Assembly (NCBI GenBank): GCA_041665405.1
Contig: JBAYIZ010000001.1
Span: 90,618 to 154,617 of the forward strand
DNA: 64,000 nt
Reading direction: 5' to 3'
DNA from: Candidatus Magasanikiibacteriota bacterium
GTDB taxonomy: Bacteria > Patescibacteriota > Patescibacteriia > Magasanikbacterales > GWA2-37-8
Of the stretch, positions 17,012 to 26,702 are shown in pieces. The first letter of the stretch is position 1; every line of letters begins with the position of its first letter. The notes below the pieces were generated by a model. It saw nothing but the letters and a program-made list of their open reading frames with translations. It searched no databases and was not told the DNA's origin. Position numbers and translations under genes: made by a program.

Positions 17012-18379
17012 TTATTTCCAGTTGAGGCCGTATCTCAGAGGACAGGTGGCAACATATTTGGTTCCTTTTGATTTGTCGGTATCGTCGGGTTTAAAAACAA
17101 AATTATAGTTTCTCTTTTTGAGTTCCTTACAAAGTTGTTTGATTTTCTTTGCAAATATTTCTTGAGGAATCAGACTAAAATTTGTCATGGATGAATCACT
17201 ATGGATATACTGTGCCCAATCTTCTGTTCCATTTGCATATTTTTTATAATATTCACTACCCAACCGTATTACGAGATGATGTATTCGAATCTCATCTGGT
17301 TCAAGATCCAGTATCAGATTGATTGTTTTGTCTAGAGAGGTAATATCGGTTTTTGGTAAATCCATAATCCAACTGGTTCTAACGCGTAAGCCGATGTCCT
17401 TTGTTTTTTTAACGACTTCAATAATCCTCTGGACGTTGGTATTTTTATTTACTTCGAGCAACACTGCATCATCACCAGATTCAATTCCATAATGTATCCA
17501 ACAAAAACCGGCTCGGCGCATTGTTTTTAGCATCTCATCATCGAAACATGAAATTGATCCTAAACAGCCAAGTGCTACACTAATTTTTCTATTTATAATT
17601 TCATTCGAAATCCCTATCATTCTTTTTTTGTCCACAATCGCATTATCGTCCAAGAAAAGTATTTTTTTAGCTTTACAAGTGCGGACCAGGTATTCAATCT
17701 CATCGACTACTGCCTTTGGATTTTTGCCTTTCCACATTTTCCAAAATCCAACTACATGGCAAAAATTGCACCTTTGACTACAACCTCGGCTAGAAAGAAT
17801 AGTTCGGACATCAATATAATCGGAGAGATCAATTAAACTCCTATCAGCGATAGGCGAAATATTCAAATCAAATTTTTCTTCACACAAGGTGGTTGAATAA
17901 ATATTCTTGCCACTCCAAAAGGAAATACCATTAATTGTTTTTAGTTTGTTCTGATCCCAATCACCTAGTTCTAACAATTTTTTCAAGGATATTTCCATCT
18001 CATGAGAAATGAGTATATCCACTGGTGTCTTTGGGAAAAGTAGCAGTTGTTTTTTATAAGTGGCAGTTTTGCCGCCAATTATTATTTTTGAGCCATGCTT
18101 CTTCAATAGGGATGAGATTTTTATGATATTTTTTTGTGCGAGATCAGTATGTAAGGGGATATGATAGTCATAAAGAATGACTGCTATGTCAAAATCTTTA
18201 TTCGCCAGATAATTATTCAATTTTTTTAGGTCCATTTGCTTCGCGTCCATGTCTATGATATTTACATTATGGCCTAATGATTTCGTATAGGTCGCCACAT
18301 TTAAAATATCTATCGGTTCTATGATTATCGCATGAGAAGTAAATGGTTTATTTGGGGGATTTACAAAAAGAATGTTCAT
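17012..18379 (-). CDS. B12-binding-domain radical SAM protein (class B radical SAM)
   Basis: N-terminal B12-binding-like Rossmann half and a CxxxCxxC cluster (SSRGCSQRCNFCHV). 455 aa. Confidence 0.75.
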   Translation of the reverse strand: MNILFVNPPNKPFTSHAIIIEPIDILNVATYTKSLGHNVNIIDMDAKQMDLKKLNNYLANKDFDIAVILYDYHIPLHTDLAQKNIIKISSLLKKHGSKIIIGGKTATYKKQLLLFPKTPVDILISHEMEISLKKLLELGDWDQNKLKTINGISFWSGKNIYSTTLCEEKFDLNISPIADRSLIDLSDYIDVRTILSSRGCSQRCNFCHVVGFWKMWKGKNPKAVVDEIEYLVRTCKAKKILFLDDNAIVDKKRMIGISNEIINRKISVALGCLGSISCFDDEMLKTMRRAGFCWIHYGIESGDDAVLLEVNKNTNVQRIIEVVKKTKDIGLRVRTSWIMDLPKTDITSLDKTINLILDLEPDEIRIHHLVIRLGSEYYKKYANGTEDWAQYIHSDSSMTNFSLIPQEIFAKKIKQLCKELKKRNYNFVFKPDDTDKSKGTKYVATCPLRYGLNWK

Positions 18380-18516
18380 ATTTGAATAGTGATTTGACCG
18401 GTCGATGATTGCTTTGTATAAATTAATTCTTCTAATTGTTTTTTCCTGAAAAAAACCAAGAAACTACAATTATTACAATAATAAATACAATTATTAGTAT
18501 GGCAATCATAAATTTG

Positions 18517-18587
18517 TTCCGAGACTTGGATTCGAACCAAGATAAGCAACTTCAGAGGCTGCTGTCCTACCATTAGACGATCTCGGA
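18517..18587 (-). tRNA. tRNA-Gln (anticodon CTG)
   Basis: Minus-strand cloverleaf: acceptor TCCGAGA/TCTCGGA, D-arm GTCT-AATGGTA-GGAC, anticodon arm GCAGC-CTCTGAA-GTTGC, T-arm CTTGG-TTCGAAT-CCAAG, discriminator A. CCA is not encoded. Confidence 0.85.
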
Positions 18588-18624
18588 ATGACAAATGCAA
18601 TTAAACTATATTTTTGGCCTATTG

Positions 18625-19455
18625 TCAAGATGAAATAGGGTCGCCAGTAATCAGATTATCTAGTTTTTTCTGTTCTACAATTTTAATTTTTTTCCATTGC
18701 CACCCATGTTTTTTGAATATGTCAGAGGAGGCGATATGGTATTTGACGTCGTGTTTTATTAGATAAACTTTCGGATCATTTTTTGCTTTATATAAAATCT
18801 TGGAGTCAGTAAACAGTACCCTAGCTGGTCCATCAGTGCGTCTAGTTTTTTGGTTGAAATCATGCAGATTGTCCATGATGTCGTCATATTTAAAACGATA
18901 GTCCGCCCCATTTATCGCATTGCCATTATCATTGGTGACAAATTCCTTAGTACTATCATCAAAACCTATAATTACTAACACATGATAATAAGATCCACCA
19001 GCACGGAAGCGATGATTTTTGTTTATTATGTTCTTCATGTTGAGCATCGCGATAACGGGATGTCCAGCACTAAGCTCATTTTTTATTTCATCTACAGTTG
19101 GGTTTTCTTTTACCTCGGCTGTAATGTCCGTATAATTATTGATAAGTTTCGCAGTTTGAGCGGCAGTGGTGTCCGCGTTACTGCCAAAAATTTTGTCTTC
19201 AATTTTAAACAGCGGCATCATATCAGCCGCCGCAATTTTTTTTGTAGTAGATTCATAACCGAAATAGTAGCCTTTGACCATCACTATGCTGGCTTCTTCA
19301 CAGGCGTTGTTCCAGGGTTTGGTCCAACTGCCAGTAGGGATCTCCGAAGTATAAGGGACTTTCAAAATCACTGAGGATTCATTTTGAGCCAAAGCGATAT
19401 TGTTCGAAAACAATAAAGAAAAAAATAAAAATATCGCTAAATATTTTTTGGTCAT
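18625..19455 (-). CDS. Secreted C39-like (papain-fold) cysteine peptidase domain protein
   Basis: Signal peptide. Catalytic-type Cys in NACEEASIVMV and His in YYHVLVIIGFD, resembling the Peptidase_C39_2 / BtrH-like family. Confidence 0.55.
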   Translation of the reverse strand: MTKKYLAIFLFFSLLFSNNIALAQNESSVILKVPYTSEIPTGSWTKPWNNACEEASIVMVKGYYFGYESTTKKIAAADMMPLFKIEDKIFGSNADTTAAQTAKLINNYTDITAEVKENPTVDEIKNELSAGHPVIAMLNMKNIINKNHRFRAGGSYYHVLVIIGFDDSTKEFVTNDNGNAINGADYRFKYDDIMDNLHDFNQKTRRTDGPARVLFTDSKILYKAKNDPKVYLIKHDVKYHIASSDIFKKHGWQWKKIKIVEQKKLDNLITGDPISS

Positions 19456-19460
19456 ATTGT

Positions 19461-21005
19461 CTAAATCACTTCACCACCAAAATCTGCAGCCAAATTATTT
19501 AAATCTGTTTGATCACTGTTGCATATCTCTGGGGTTTTGACACTGCATGACACTCTTATTCTTTCGCCAATTATTTTTTCAATTTCATCCTCCAGACATT
19601 TTTTTGTTTTGCATTCTTCTATTTTGTCTTTGTGAATAGCAAAATCAAAAATAAGGCTTAGCCCAGTTTCATCCAAACTTGCCAAGGTACAACTTTTTAG
19701 TACAAAAGTTAATGAAGGTATTTTTTGTGACAAGCCTGATATAATTTCATTCCATTTGGTTTTCATTTCTTCCAGAGAAGTTTTTGGTGGTGAAATGTGG
19801 GTAAGATTTGTGATAGCACTCTTTATGGAAGTTATAATCGTGTTTGGTTTTGCGGTTTCAGTTTTTTTTTCTGTTTGTTTGGTATCACTTTTTATATCGG
19901 GAGTGTTTGTTTCAATATTATTATTGCAAAATTGAACTGTAAACAATTCTAATGGAAGTTGTGGTATTGGCGATTGTTTGATCTCACGTCTGCGTAGTGA
20001 GATTGAGTCAATCATTGCGATAATTTTTGGAGTTAAAAATTTAGCGGACAATTTTTTAATTTTCGCGAGGGTATCCTTGTCGGTGTTGATAGTGGAGGAA
20101 ATATCATAGCCAGTCTGAGCAATCATTGTTTGGCGCAAAATATCGATAAGATCCAAAGCGAATTGTTCTAGATTGTTGCCTTCGCTGGTAATTTTATTTA
20201 AATGTTCAATAGCAGATTTTGTGTCAGAATCGGCAATAAATTCTATAAACTTTAAAACAGAATTTAAATCAGAAGAGGGGAGGAAGGCAACAATATCTTC
20301 GTCCGTTATTTCCTTTAAATTTAATGTTAAAATTTGTCCGAGTAAACTCTCGGCGTCTCTCATACCGCCTTCACTTTTATCAATAATTTTTTCTAAAACT
20401 GTTTTATCAACTTTAATTTTTTCCTGTTTGCAAATACTTTCCAACTTTTTTAACATGCCTTCGCGGGAAATTTTTTTGAAAGCAAAACGCTGACAGCGAG
20501 AAATAATAGTAGCGGGTAATTTTTGGAGTTCGGTGGTGGCTAAAATAAATACCACGTGAGCAGGTGGCTCCTCGATAGTCTTGAGCAGGGCATTGAAGGC
20601 ACTGGTAGAAAGCATGTGCACCTCATCAATGATAAAAATTTTGTATTTGGATTGAGTTGGTTTGAACTGAGCGTTTTCAATAATATTTTCACGAACATTA
20701 TCAACGCCAGTGTGAGAAGCCGCATCAATTTCTATTACATCAATATTGCGTCCTTGAGCTATCTCAGTACAAGACGAGCATTCGTTGCATGATTCAAATT
20801 GACATTCCTTGCGATTTTTGCAATTTAGAGCTTTGGCCAAAAGACGGGCAATAGTAGTTTTGCCAACCCCGCGCGGACCAGTAAAAAGATAAGCATGAGC
20901 AATTTTGTTGCCAGCTATTTCATTGGTGATGGTTTTGACAATATGTTCCTGATCGTGAATATCAGCAAAAACCTGTGGGCGATATTTTCTATACAGTGTG
21001 GACAT
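19461..21005 (-). CDS. dnaX: DNA polymerase III subunit gamma/tau
   Basis: YRPQVFADI..., Walker A GPRGVGKTT, Zn-module CKNRKECQFESCNECSSC, DEVHML box. Confidence 0.93.
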   Translation of the reverse strand: MSTLYRKYRPQVFADIHDQEHIVKTITNEIAGNKIAHAYLFTGPRGVGKTTIARLLAKALNCKNRKECQFESCNECSSCTEIAQGRNIDVIEIDAASHTGVDNVRENIIENAQFKPTQSKYKIFIIDEVHMLSTSAFNALLKTIEEPPAHVVFILATTELQKLPATIISRCQRFAFKKISREGMLKKLESICKQEKIKVDKTVLEKIIDKSEGGMRDAESLLGQILTLNLKEITDEDIVAFLPSSDLNSVLKFIEFIADSDTKSAIEHLNKITSEGNNLEQFALDLIDILRQTMIAQTGYDISSTINTDKDTLAKIKKLSAKFLTPKIIAMIDSISLRRREIKQSPIPQLPLELFTVQFCNNNIETNTPDIKSDTKQTEKKTETAKPNTIITSIKSAITNLTHISPPKTSLEEMKTKWNEIISGLSQKIPSLTFVLKSCTLASLDETGLSLIFDFAIHKDKIEECKTKKCLEDEIEKIIGERIRVSCSVKTPEICNSDQTDLNNLAADFGGEVI

Positions 21006-21042
21006 ATATTATTATTACATTTATGGCAGTCTGTCGGATTGT

Positions 21043-21104
21043 CTTTTTGCTTTTTTTGCCCGCGAGGGCAAAAGGATGAGCCTCGGGCTCATAACCCGCT
21101 CAAA
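21043..21104. repeat. Copy 2 of the ~62-nt GC-rich structured element
   Basis: CTTTTTGCTTTTTTT-GCCC-GCGA-GGGC-AAAAGG-ATGAGCC-TCG-GGCTCAT-AACCCGCTCAAAG. Lies ~50 nt beyond the stop of the 21153-23714 gene and upstream of the dnaX start. Confidence 0.6.
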
Positions 21105-21152
21105 GAAAACCCGCCAGCCTGTGACGTACTGTGGCATATTTTCAGCTATATT

Positions 21153-23714
21153 CTACAGTGTTGCCTCACTTAAATCAATATGCGCTGGCATCGGCGTTCC
21201 TAGGGCAGATCGCTCCATTATTTCCGCTTCTACTATCTCACGTGGGCGACCATATTTGAGACGAGAAAGTTCTTTGATTGCTTCAGCTAGTTCTTTGTTG
21301 CCAGGTTTAGGAGGATAGGTAGTCATACTAAATGGTTTGGCGGCGGTGTTGTTGATAAGCAATTTGCAATAGGCGGTATATTGTTCGACATTGACCAAAT
21401 CATAAGCAGAAAAAACTGGAGCAAATTCTTTTTGTAAAATATCAGCATCTTCTACACCAATACGGAAGGACACGATAGTACCCGCGTTACCAAGCACCGC
21501 ATCACGCACTGTGGATTTGCCTTTGTTATCTTCCAACTGTTTCATGTATTGGTGAGCAATAATCAGTTCCAAACGATATTTACGAGCCTCAGAAAGAATC
21601 GTGGCGATAGAATCGGTAATAAAGTTTTGAAACTCATCAATGTATAAATAAAAATCATGGCGTTCTTCTTCTGGAATAGCGGCTCGTTCCAGAGCGGCCA
21701 TCTGTAACTTTGACACGATAATCATACCCAATAAATTGGAGTTGATCTCACCGGTCAAACCTTTGGCCAAATTTACAATTAAAATTTTCTTTTGATCCAT
21801 CACTTCACGGAAACTAAAACCGGAATGACTTTGGCCGATAATATTTCGCACCATGGCATTTTCAGTAAAGCGGCCTACTTTGGAAATCAAATAGCCCAAC
21901 ATTTCTGATTTGTGGAAGTCCGAAGTCTTGGCCATTTCTTTATCCCAGAAAGCCATAACTACCGGATCCTTTAATTTCTTTTTCCATTTGGCGACATACG
22001 TATCGTCGGTAAACATACGAGGCACTTCGGCAATGGTACCAGGATTTTCTAAGTCGGACATCAAGGTCAACATCACGTTGCGCATCTGATGCTCAAACAT
22101 CGGGCCGATCATCGAAGGATCAGTTACCATTTTGTAAAAAATGGAAATCATTTCTTGAGTAGCAAAATCTTTTTGACTTTCGGTTTTTACTTCCAACATA
22201 TTCAGACCAATCGGACGATCAGTGTCGGAAGGATTAAAATAAATAACATCATCAGCACGTTCTTTGGGCACGTGTTGCAAAACATATTCTGCAAAATCAC
22301 CATGCGGATCGACAATACAAACACCTTCGCCGTTTTGCACATCTTGAATAGCCAAATTTTGGATAAAAACAGATTTTCCACCACCGGATTTACCGACAGT
22401 ATATAGATGGCGGCGACGATCGCTACGGGTCATGCGCACGATGGTTTCTTCGCCGCGATAGACAGCTCGGCCCAAAATAATACCTTCTTTTGGCATATTG
22501 ACTGGTGGTGGAGCTTTGCGTGCACCAAGCCAGTTGATGTGAGGTGTTTCAGTATTTGGAATAGGCATGTGCCATAAGCCAGCAAACTCTTCGGTGTTGA
22601 CCACCATATAGTGTTTGGTATCCATCGAACGATAAATCGAATCACGAATCAATTTGTTTTGTTTGCGCGGTACGGCCGCTCCAAATGAGTTTCCGTAACG
22701 ATAAATGTTGTATTGGCTAAAAGAATTCACCATATTTTCCAGGTTGAGTTGAGCTGTTTGTTTGTTGTCGGCAGAACTGATCAAACGCACAGTAATTTCT
22801 AGCCCACCATGTGAAATTTTTTCTTCCATACTCTTTACCATCTCTTCTTCCATCTGAGTGAGGTGATAATCTTGAGTGTGGCTTTGTTTGGCTGGGTCTT
22901 TACTTTTTGGAAATAATGTTTTTTTCCATTTAACCAAAGAACGCATAAAGGCTCCGCGTCTGGCGACATATTCGAATTTTTGTCCTTCACGAATATCGCG
23001 AATCATATGGACACCCTGTTTGCGCCAATGAGAAGTGGCTGGTCTAACAATAAATTGGATTAGGGCGCCATCATTTTGAGACATTTTACTAAGTGGATTT
23101 AAAATAGCTACTAACGGATCACTATCCATTTTTTTGAATGTTTTTAGAGGAAACGCCGACCTGCTCTTCAAATTCAAATAGGCGCCAACTATATGGCTGG
23201 TTGGTTTGAAAATATTATAATCATTTTCTGGAGTAATCTCTGCGTGCGGATATTGAGCATGGATCTGTTGTTCGACAAATTCCTTCCAACGGTCGGGGAC
23301 AGCGACATAAAAAGAAATAGTGCCGTCTTTCACTACTATTTCAAAAGCGATATGATCATTGCGTCCGTATAGCCACTTGGTAAATCCTTTTTCGCCTTTT
23401 AAGCCAGCGATAGAGGAAAACATAGTTTCCGCCGTGGCGATATATTCGCGCGTTTGGTTTATATTTTGTTCTTGGTTTCCCTGATTTTGTGCACCTTCAT
23501 TCTTTTTTTCTTTTGGAACACGGACCAGGATGATAACCTTGTGAAAGGCCTTGCTTTCCAATCCTCTAGCATGCAAAATAGCACGTAATAAAAACAAAAG
23601 TCCGAACAGAATGATTAGCGCTAAAATAAAAAGCATGATAGCCAGAAAAATCGGATTGGCAATCCCATCGGAAATCATTTGAATTATATAATTTAAAAAG
23701 CTAACGGAATCCAT
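21153..23714 (-). CDS. Type IV secretion coupling-protein-like ATPase (TraD/TraG/VirD4 family) with an N-terminal membrane domain
   Basis: N-terminal TM helices. Walker A VGKSGGGKS, CIVDPHGDF, Walker B/arginine region FYLYIDEFQNF ... ARKYRLELIIAHQ. 853 aa. Confidence 0.65.
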   Translation of the reverse strand: MDSVSFLNYIIQMISDGIANPIFLAIMLFILALIILFGLLFLLRAILHARGLESKAFHKVIILVRVPKEKKNEGAQNQGNQEQNINQTREYIATAETMFSSIAGLKGEKGFTKWLYGRNDHIAFEIVVKDGTISFYVAVPDRWKEFVEQQIHAQYPHAEITPENDYNIFKPTSHIVGAYLNLKSRSAFPLKTFKKMDSDPLVAILNPLSKMSQNDGALIQFIVRPATSHWRKQGVHMIRDIREGQKFEYVARRGAFMRSLVKWKKTLFPKSKDPAKQSHTQDYHLTQMEEEMVKSMEEKISHGGLEITVRLISSADNKQTAQLNLENMVNSFSQYNIYRYGNSFGAAVPRKQNKLIRDSIYRSMDTKHYMVVNTEEFAGLWHMPIPNTETPHINWLGARKAPPPVNMPKEGIILGRAVYRGEETIVRMTRSDRRRHLYTVGKSGGGKSVFIQNLAIQDVQNGEGVCIVDPHGDFAEYVLQHVPKERADDVIYFNPSDTDRPIGLNMLEVKTESQKDFATQEMISIFYKMVTDPSMIGPMFEHQMRNVMLTLMSDLENPGTIAEVPRMFTDDTYVAKWKKKLKDPVVMAFWDKEMAKTSDFHKSEMLGYLISKVGRFTENAMVRNIIGQSHSGFSFREVMDQKKILIVNLAKGLTGEINSNLLGMIIVSKLQMAALERAAIPEEERHDFYLYIDEFQNFITDSIATILSEARKYRLELIIAHQYMKQLEDNKGKSTVRDAVLGNAGTIVSFRIGVEDADILQKEFAPVFSAYDLVNVEQYTAYCKLLINNTAAKPFSMTTYPPKPGNKELAEAIKELSRLKYGRPREIVEAEIMERSALGTPMPAHIDLSEATL

Positions 23715-23722
23715 TTTATAAA

Positions 23723-24241
23723 TTATAAAATTTTATTTATATCTTTCCCTTGTTGTTTTTTATGTAGACCAACGATCAAGTCGGTTTTTATTTTGGCTTC
23801 TTGTTCTAGGAAGAATTTATTTATCCCTGGCAAAATCCTTAACCACTCGATAATTAAATAAAATATTTTTTTTACTTTGACGTGAGTAGATCGAAGTAGC
23901 TCTCTAATTTTGGCAGTGGTTTCTTCTCCTTTGATTTTGAATTCTTGTTTTGCGATGGGGGAGAGTTTGGCGAATTCATCACCTAGCCCACTTTCCAATA
24001 TCTGTTCAATCTTAACGGACATCTCATCTTGAACTTGAGGAATAGGCCGAACTACTTTTTTGGCTTTGGCTGGGACAAGTTTATGGGCAAATTTTTCCAA
24101 AGTAGATTTCTTCTCAAGTGTTTTTTCAGTCGTTGTCTTTTCATGTTCTTTACCAACATTAGTCTCTGGAGTGGTACGTCCCGATTCCGAAACGGCCTGC
24201 TCAGCAGGGTCTTTTAGATTGTCTAGGTTTTTATCTATCAT
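23723..24241 (-). CDS. Hypothetical protein, upstream in an operon with the coupling-protein-like gene
   Basis: 172-aa ORF ending 9 nt before the next gene. Charged, coiled-coil-like N-terminus. Confidence 0.5.
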   Translation of the reverse strand: MIDKNLDNLKDPAEQAVSESGRTTPETNVGKEHEKTTTEKTLEKKSTLEKFAHKLVPAKAKKVVRPIPQVQDEMSVKIEQILESGLGDEFAKLSPIAKQEFKIKGEETTAKIRELLRSTHVKVKKIFYLIIEWLRILPGINKFFLEQEAKIKTDLIVGLHKKQQGKDINKIL

Positions 24242-24350
24242 AATGGTAACTATTATAGCACTAATTTATCCAAAATAAAAGTCAATTTGATTTACTTGTG
24301 GATGGATGGTATTTTGAGCGATTTTGAATTTTGTGGTATAATAGATTCAT

Positions 24351-25283
24351 ATGAAAATAAAAAATATCTTTGAGGTAGAAAACCAAGGGCGATTATGGGT
24401 CAATGTGACTCATCAAGGAGAAAAAGAATTGCATGAGATTCAAAAGCGGTTTGGTTTTGACGAGTCTGATGTCAAAGAAAGTTTGCCACCATTTCAGAGA
24501 CCAAAAATAGTGAAAAGAGAACACTATTATTTTATGGTCTTGCATTTTCCTGTGTTTGATCGCGAGACATTTAGGTTGGGCTTTACAGAAGTAGATTTCT
24601 TTTTGAGTCAAAATGTTTTAGTTACGGTTCACGACAACAAGTTGCCGGCAATCGAGGCGATGTTCAATGAGTGTAAAAAGAATCAATCCAATCTTACCGA
24701 ATATTTCTCAGGTACGGCTGTTCATGTTTTGTTTGAATTGTTGAGCCGGTTGTTTGACGGCACATTTCCGATTTTATTGCATGTCAACGATGATATCAAT
24801 TTGGTGGATAGGAAATTATTTACCAAGACGTCTGGTAGGCATATAACAGAGGAAATTTTGCGTCTTAAAACTAATATTGTGACCTTCCGTCGTACTATGC
24901 AAGGGCATCGTACAGTATTGGAGAGGCTGTTGTCATATGCCGGACGTGAGCTAGATTTGGGTTCATACCAATCGTACATAAACTCCTTACGTGAGTTTAC
25001 CAATGAGATTTGGCATATACTGGAAAGCCAAAAAGAGAGTATCAACGCTCTTCACGAAACTAATGAGTCTCTGTTGACTTTGCGTACCAACAACGTGATG
25101 AGAGTGCTCACTATTATTTCGGTAACTACTTTTCCACTTACCCTATTGGCCACTATTTTTGCTATTCCTACATTAGGTAATCCAATTACCAATTTGATAG
25201 GTGGCTTTTGGGTGGTTTTAATTTTAATGTTATTCGGAGCGGTGGGGATGTTTACAATTTTCAAAAAGAAGGATTGGGTTTAA
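24351..25283 (+). CDS. CorA-family divalent cation transporter-like protein in which the GMN loop is replaced
   Basis: C-terminal two-TM pattern TIISVTTFPLTLLATIF...IFKKKDWV resembles the CorA TM1-loop-TM2 and the KKW/KDW tail. The loop reads AIPTLGNP instead of YGMN. Confidence 0.6.
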   Translation: MKIKNIFEVENQGRLWVNVTHQGEKELHEIQKRFGFDESDVKESLPPFQRPKIVKREHYYFMVLHFPVFDRETFRLGFTEVDFFLSQNVLVTVHDNKLPAIEAMFNECKKNQSNLTEYFSGTAVHVLFELLSRLFDGTFPILLHVNDDINLVDRKLFTKTSGRHITEEILRLKTNIVTFRRTMQGHRTVLERLLSYAGRELDLGSYQSYINSLREFTNEIWHILESQKESINALHETNESLLTLRTNNVMRVLTIISVTTFPLTLLATIFAIPTLGNPITNLIGGFWVVLILMLFGAVGMFTIFKKKDWV

Positions 25284-25399
25284 TTAATAATTTGGTTTAA
25301 AATAAAATTAAAATGACTTTTTATTGACAAGGAGTCATTTTTGTGTTATTGTTATCAGTTGTTCTTTAAAAATCAAAAGACCAACGGTGTGTTATTTTG

Positions 25400-26640
25400 T
25401 GCTTATTTGAGCCCAGAATAGCACACCGTTTCGTAAATCGGTGCGGCCGCCCTAAATCGCTTGGCCAGTTGGTTGAGTTGATAAAAGGGCAAACATGTCA
25501 GGAGTAAATCATGAGGAAGATTTTGTTCGTCCTGGTGGTCGCGGTTCTGGGTGCTTGCTCGCAGGAGCCCTGTACCAGCTCGGAAGAGTGGTGCACCGGT
25601 GTCGATACGTCGTCCGATTCGGACGTGTCGTCCGACGCGCAGACCGACTCGGGCATCAAGAAGCAGGAGTGCCTCGTGGCGACCGACTGCGATGACGGCA
25701 ACGCGTGCACTTTCGACTACTGCGACGGCGGCAACCCATGCACCTTCGAATATTGCAACCCCCGCGTCTGTCGGCACATTGCCATCGAGGGGGCGATTTG
25801 TGACGACGTCATCGCCGACGCCGACACCACCGCCGACGTCATCGCCGACACCGCCGCCGACACCGCCGACGTCGGCCCGGCACTCGAATGTGCCAAGGCC
25901 ATCGACTGCGACGACAAGAATCCGTGCACATTCAGTTTCTGCGACGCTGGCGTCTGCACACACATGGCCACCACGGACACGTGCGACGACGGCGATGTTT
26001 GCACGGTGAATGATGTTTGCTCGGCTGGGAAGTGCGTCTCTGGCGCTCCGGTCGTATGCGACGACAAGAATCCGTGCACCACCGACTCGTGCGACGCGGC
26101 CAAGGGTTGCGTGTACGCGGCTCCGGTCGTATGCGACGACGACAACGCTTGCACGACCGACGGTTGTGCGGCTGGCGCCTGCACCCACGTCGCCGTCGAC
26201 TGTAACGACGACAAGGTCTGCACCGCCGACTCGTGCGACCCGGCCAAGGGTTGTGCTCACAAGAACCTTGACAGTATCTGCAACGACGGTGACGCCTGCA
26301 CGATCGATAAGTGCGTCAACGACAAGTGCGTATGGTGGCCAAACCCTTGTGACGACGACAACGTCTGCACCGACGATTCGTGCGACGCGGTCAAGGGTTG
26401 CCAGAACAAGTCAACGATGGCGCCATGCGACGACGGAGACGTCTGCACGACGGGCGACACCTGCGGCAGTGACATGTATCAGCAGTGTGACGGAACTCCC
26501 ATCCTCTGCGATGGAGAACAGGCCAACGAGGAGAACTGCCACCCCGAGTTTGGCTGCTTCTAAGCCAACAACCTCCACACCAACCGAGGTAAGACAGTCG
26601 CAAGATCGTCCCAACTCGTTTTCATCATAAAAATTGTGGT
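25400..26640. other. Compositionally anomalous high-GC cassette 2
   Basis: GC-rich block with GC3-biased codons between an AT-rich region containing a promoter-like sequence/CorA terminator and the terminators at 26590-26697. Confidence 0.65.
25511..26563 (+). CDS. Cysteine-rich tandem-repeat lipoprotein (about ten ~26-aa repeats, C-D-D-x-N-x-C-T-x-D-x-C-x(3-5)-G-C), a paralog of the protein at 54712-56352
   Basis: AGGAG Shine-Dalgarno. Lipoprotein signal MRKILFVLVVAVLGAC (lipobox LGAC). Repeats CDDGNACTFDYCDGGNPCTFEYC, CDDKNPCTFSFCDAGVC, CDDGDVCTVNDVCSAGKC, and so on. Confidence 0.75.
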   Translation: MRKILFVLVVAVLGACSQEPCTSSEEWCTGVDTSSDSDVSSDAQTDSGIKKQECLVATDCDDGNACTFDYCDGGNPCTFEYCNPRVCRHIAIEGAICDDVIADADTTADVIADTAADTADVGPALECAKAIDCDDKNPCTFSFCDAGVCTHMATTDTCDDGDVCTVNDVCSAGKCVSGAPVVCDDKNPCTTDSCDAAKGCVYAAPVVCDDDNACTTDGCAAGACTHVAVDCNDDKVCTADSCDPAKGCAHKNLDSICNDGDACTIDKCVNDKCVWWPNPCDDDNVCTDDSCDAVKGCQNKSTMAPCDDGDVCTTGDTCGSDMYQQCDGTPILCDGEQANEENCHPEFGCF

Positions 26641-26660
26641 GAGAACGAGGACGATCTTGT
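26590..26660 (+). terminator. Long imperfect hairpin after the Cys-rich gene
   Basis: CAAGATCGTCC ... GGACGATCTTG with an inner CTCGTTTTC ... GAGAACGAG pairing. Confidence 0.45.
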
Positions 26661-26665
26661 CTAAA

Positions 26666-26697
26666 TAAAAAATTCCGATTTATGTCGGAATTTTTTT
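26666..26697. terminator. Bidirectional terminator shared with cysS
   Basis: AAAAAATTCCGA-TTTATGT-CGGAATTTTTTT. Confidence 0.6.
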
Positions 26698-26702
26698 GTT
26701 TT

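Noticed and set aside
18376-18600. 74-aa ORF overlapping tRNA-Gln
   Set aside because: It coincides with a well-formed tRNA gene and intergenic DNA, and has no coding features.
25307-25352. Promoter call for cassette 2 at 25324-25352
   Set aside because: Kept only as a low-confidence observation. The TTGACA lies inside the stem of the CorA terminator hairpin (AAATGACT...AGTCATTT) and the -10 (TATTGT) is weak, so the element may be purely a terminator.
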